NCBI RefSeq assembly: GCF_902459465.1
Contig: NC_047082.1
Span: forward strand, 620,001 to 684,000
Direction of reading: 5' to 3'
Length of the DNA stretch: 64,000 nucleotides
Source of the DNA: Asterias rubens
Taxonomy: Eukaryota
The notes below the pieces were generated by a model. The model made no database searches. It had not been told where the DNA came from and saw nothing but the letters and a program-made list of their open reading frames with translations. The stretch's first letter is position 1. Every line of letters begins with the position of its first letter. The translations under genes were made by a program, and so were the position numbers. Positions 62,501 through 64,000 of this stretch are shown piece by piece.

Positions 62501-63759
62501 ATCATTTTATTCTTAGTTGTTACTGTTTCATTTTATTACAGCATGCAAACGAGAGATCACATTTTTTCTTTGCGCCGATAACTTGACTCCTAGAGTCAGG
62601 TTACGCCCCATCGGCTTACATCTCAAGGGTCTTTCGCAGGATCCTCACTTTTATAATTATTATTATTAATTGCTGTGTGATTATTATTTGATATTTTACC
62701 ATGTACAATGTAAATGGTTTCTTGCCAATGGTCGTATTTTTATTGTGTACATTTTGTTTACACTTTTAGCTCTGAATTCATTGACATTTTTCCAGTGTCT
62801 CTTCCAAAAGTGAAGCTCAATACAAAACTTTATTTCTTCCTGTTATTTAAGAACATGTTTACTTTCTCATTTATTGTTTTACAATTCTTTTCATAGGAGG
62901 TGGCCAGTTGATGTAGGTCTTATAGATTTGTGGTAATCATTGGACCATCTTGTGTTAATATATTCAACATTGTTATTACATTTCATTTGAATATTTGAAT
63001 ATGTATGTGACTGTTTCTTGTGACCCCCGTCCATCCCGTAGGTGTCTGACTCCTCCATACTTGGAGTACATCAACAAACCTGGGGAAGATGTCACATGGG
63101 ATCCAGACCATGACTATTACTGCAAGCTGATTGGACGATTGGTTGACAATATCCTTGAAAATCTTATATTAAACCTATTCGTGTATTTAACCTATGCATT
63201 ACACAACACACAGGACCAACAGTTTTATGTCCCGAAGGACAAAGCAATAATTATTTTCTTGCTTAAGGACACAAGTGTCATTACCAGGACTTGAATCCAC
63301 ACTCTACTGATCAGAAACATGAAAGCTTGGTGTGCTTAACCGCTCCACCACGAGCCTCTTCCTCTCATTCATGAAATAAAGTAAAGCAACAATCGCACAA
63401 ATTCCTTCCAAAATTTAATAATTTGTTTAATGATTTGTCAAGATGGTCTGGGGGTTGTCCATGAGTGTCGGGGTTATGTACCTTTACGTGTTTATGTACC
63501 TTTTATTGTAAATGTAATATATTTCATCTTCTCCATTTGTTGAGCTTTTGTTAACATATCAACTTGTAAGTTCCTTAACTCCTTGGTCATTACCAGTGTC
63601 AGGCAAGGCCCAACCTCAGTTCCTGAATATGGATTGGCGTTTTAGTGAGTTTCCTAATCTAGCAGCCCATGCTCTTCATGTAACGTGTGTTGAGCTGATG
63701 GCCCTTCCTGGTCAGGGTAAAGTGGTAGGCAACGCTCTACTGGCAGTCATCTCTAAGAA
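47737..63759 (+). CDS. MED23: Mediator of RNA polymerase II transcription subunit 23 (partial; continues off the right edge)
   Basis: In-frame exons: 47737-47793, 48111-48142, 48370-48457, 48866-48990, 49169-49280, 50145-50348, 50723-50905, 51029-51124, 51478-51681, 52546-52689, 53093-53238, 53777-53850, 54317-54491, 54927-55075, 56332-56506, 56827-56990, 57567-57764, 58010-58076, 58322-58490, 59216-59287, 60506-60676, 61350-61466, 61826-61925, 62013-62142, 63042-63148, 63594-63759. Peptides such as LLRYVLEQPYSRDMV, LWQHLSSQLIFF, KGRDHLMW, ESTALRIITGLG and DWRFSEFPNLAAHALHVTCVELMAL match recalled human MED23. Confidence 0.98.
49601..49986 (+). mobile_element. TTAA (Kolobok-type) MITE, family A, in MED23 intron
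   Basis: Both TIRs (right one slightly diverged) and TTAA flanks. Confidence 0.88.
50400..50680 (-). mobile_element. tRNA-derived SINE in MED23 intron
   Basis: The reverse strand has the head ...CAGCAGAATGTGGGTTTGAGTCCCGG...ACACTTGTGTC and an A-rich tail toward 50400. Confidence 0.7.
52200..52505 (+). mobile_element. Short retroelement-like repeat with a degenerate hammerhead ribozyme (Penelope-like remnant)
   Basis: CTGACGA-T-GACTAG-agcaag-CTAGTC-AAAACGTT at 52221-52254. Shares the end CATGGTGTTACCGCAAACC with the 54.7k and 58.9k elements. Confidence 0.55.
53200..53660 (+). repeat. 171-bp tandem repeat (~2.2 copies) derived from the MED23 exon 11 end and adjacent intron
   Basis: TTTGTCTACTAATGCCCCTG recurs at 171-bp spacing. 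Each unit carries TGCATCTAGA|GTGAGT, echoing the true donor TGCATCTAGA|GTAAGT at 53238. Confidence 0.85.
54530..54735. mobile_element. Hairpin element of the same family as 58689-58880
   Basis: Shares the lead-in AAAACTTTGCATGGTGGAA and the arms AGGTTTG..AACACCATGT / ACAAGGTGTCACCGCAAACCT. Confidence 0.65.
54772..54870 (+). mobile_element. tRNA-derived SINE head
   Basis: GGGTGTCATGGCCGAGCGGATAAG (A-box) ... GGTTCGAGTCCC (B-box). Confidence 0.75.
55013..55460 (+). repeat. 125-bp tandem repeat (~3.6 copies) containing the 3' 63 nt of MED23 exon 14 and its donor site
   Basis: CCTACAGTAGACTC starts at 55016, 55141, 55266 and 55391. GTAAGT donors at 55076, 55201, 55326 and 55451. Confidence 0.95.
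55461..55824 (-). mobile_element. Full-length tRNA-derived SINE inserted into the last 125-bp unit
   Basis: Reverse strand: GTGTCACGGCCGAGTGGTTAAG (A-box), GGTTCGAATCC (B-box), central GTGTCCTTGAGCAAGATACTTTAC...CACCCAGGGGTATAAACGGGTAC and an A-rich tail. AGTCTTT is duplicated on both sides. Confidence 0.85.
56700..56790 (+). mobile_element. Degenerate tRNA-derived SINE head (different family)
   Basis: GGCAGCTCAGTTGTTAAA ... GGAGGTCGCAAGTTCAAGTC, with A-box- and B-box-like motifs. Confidence 0.45.
58689..58880. mobile_element. Long hairpin element enclosing a near-intact minimal hammerhead ribozyme motif (Penelope-like)
   Basis: ~63-bp near-perfect arms (ATATAGAAAGGTTTGCG...GTGGTTCTGAAA / TTTCAGAACCAC...CGCAAACCTTTCTATAT). 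The loop has CAGAAGA-C-GATCAG-agcata-CTGATC-GAAACGTC. Confidence 0.7.
59511..59578. repeat. (AAT)n microsatellite
   Basis: ~22 AAT units with one interruption. Confidence 0.95.
59697..60401 (-). repeat. 39-bp minisatellite (~15 copies) inside a TAGACC-family MITE
   Basis: Unit GTCATCCAGCCGCCATCTCGGAGGAAAAACGCTATTGAT spans 59697-~60270. Sequence 60271-60401 is the reverse complement of the body and end of the MITE at 30299-30451. Confidence 0.9.
60894..61250. repeat. Diverged ~120-bp tandem triplication
   Basis: AAATTTCATATTT...TTTTCCTTTAT...CTTCTG...AGCAGACTGAACCAT starts near 60894, 61015 and 61134. Confidence 0.8.
61474..61550. repeat. (CCAGTTCAAT)n 10-bp tandem repeat next to the exon 22 donor
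   Basis: ~7.7 copies. Confidence 0.95.
63149..63593 (+). other. MED23: U12-type (minor spliceosome) AT-AC intron of MED23
   Basis: 5' end ATATCCTT, branch site TTCCTTAAC at 63571-63579, 3' end ...TCATTAC. Splicing gives RLVD-T-VSGK, matching human RLVDTMAGK. Confidence 0.93.
63190..63350 (-). mobile_element. Degenerate SINE inside the U12 intron
   Basis: CTTGCTTAAGGACACAAGTGTCAT...GGACTTGAATCCACACTCTACTGATCAGAAAC is the reverse complement of the SINE head. Confidence 0.7.
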
Positions 63760-64000
63760 GTAAGTATCCTGTACCACTGTTCCTTGATAATTTGATATGT
63801 TGAGTAATGCAGAGTTGCAGCTTTTCATGTCTGTTTCTTAAATAGTATTTGCATCTTTGGTACTATCGTATTGGTATTACAACAGTAGAGACTTGAACAT
63901 CGGGGGATGGGGGACAAGTGAAATCACAACACTTATTTGTATCCCAAATTATCTTGAATATTGCATTGAGTTTTTCTGTATTCTTCTTCTTTCTAATAGT

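Noticed and set aside
63760-63771. GTATCCT near the exon 26 donor as a second U12 site
   Set aside because: The frame and the GTAAGT consensus place the donor at 63760 (U2 type); GTATCCT lies inside it and is out of phase.

Overview
AT-rich animal genomic DNA with spliced genes. The repeat content resembles echinoderm (sea-star-like) genomes, which is an inference. No prokaryotic operons, CRISPR arrays or rRNA were found. Genes, left to right: (1) the 5' coding exons of CYRI/FAM49 on the - strand, running off the left edge; (2) a 4-exon + strand gene for a ~748-aa acidic, probably disordered protein ending in a RAD51AP1/RAD51AP2-type 'RVGLSRRQRLSHLH' motif; (3,4) two head-to-head single-exon orphan ORFs of 294 and 433 aa; (5) an intronless 781-aa five-Ig-domain type I membrane protein on the - strand; (6) MED23 on the + strand, with 26 coding exons reconstructed in frame, running off the right edge. 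Notable points: an AT-AC U12 (minor spliceosome) intron in MED23; two intronic tandem repeats that copy MED23 exon ends with their splice donors; Penelope-type hammerhead ribozyme remnants in MED23 introns; a MITE whose end has expanded into a 39-bp minisatellite; a nested foldback structure between the first two genes; and many TTAA (Kolobok-type) MITEs and tRNA-derived SINEs. All protein assignments come from manual translation and remembered family sequences. No database searches were run.
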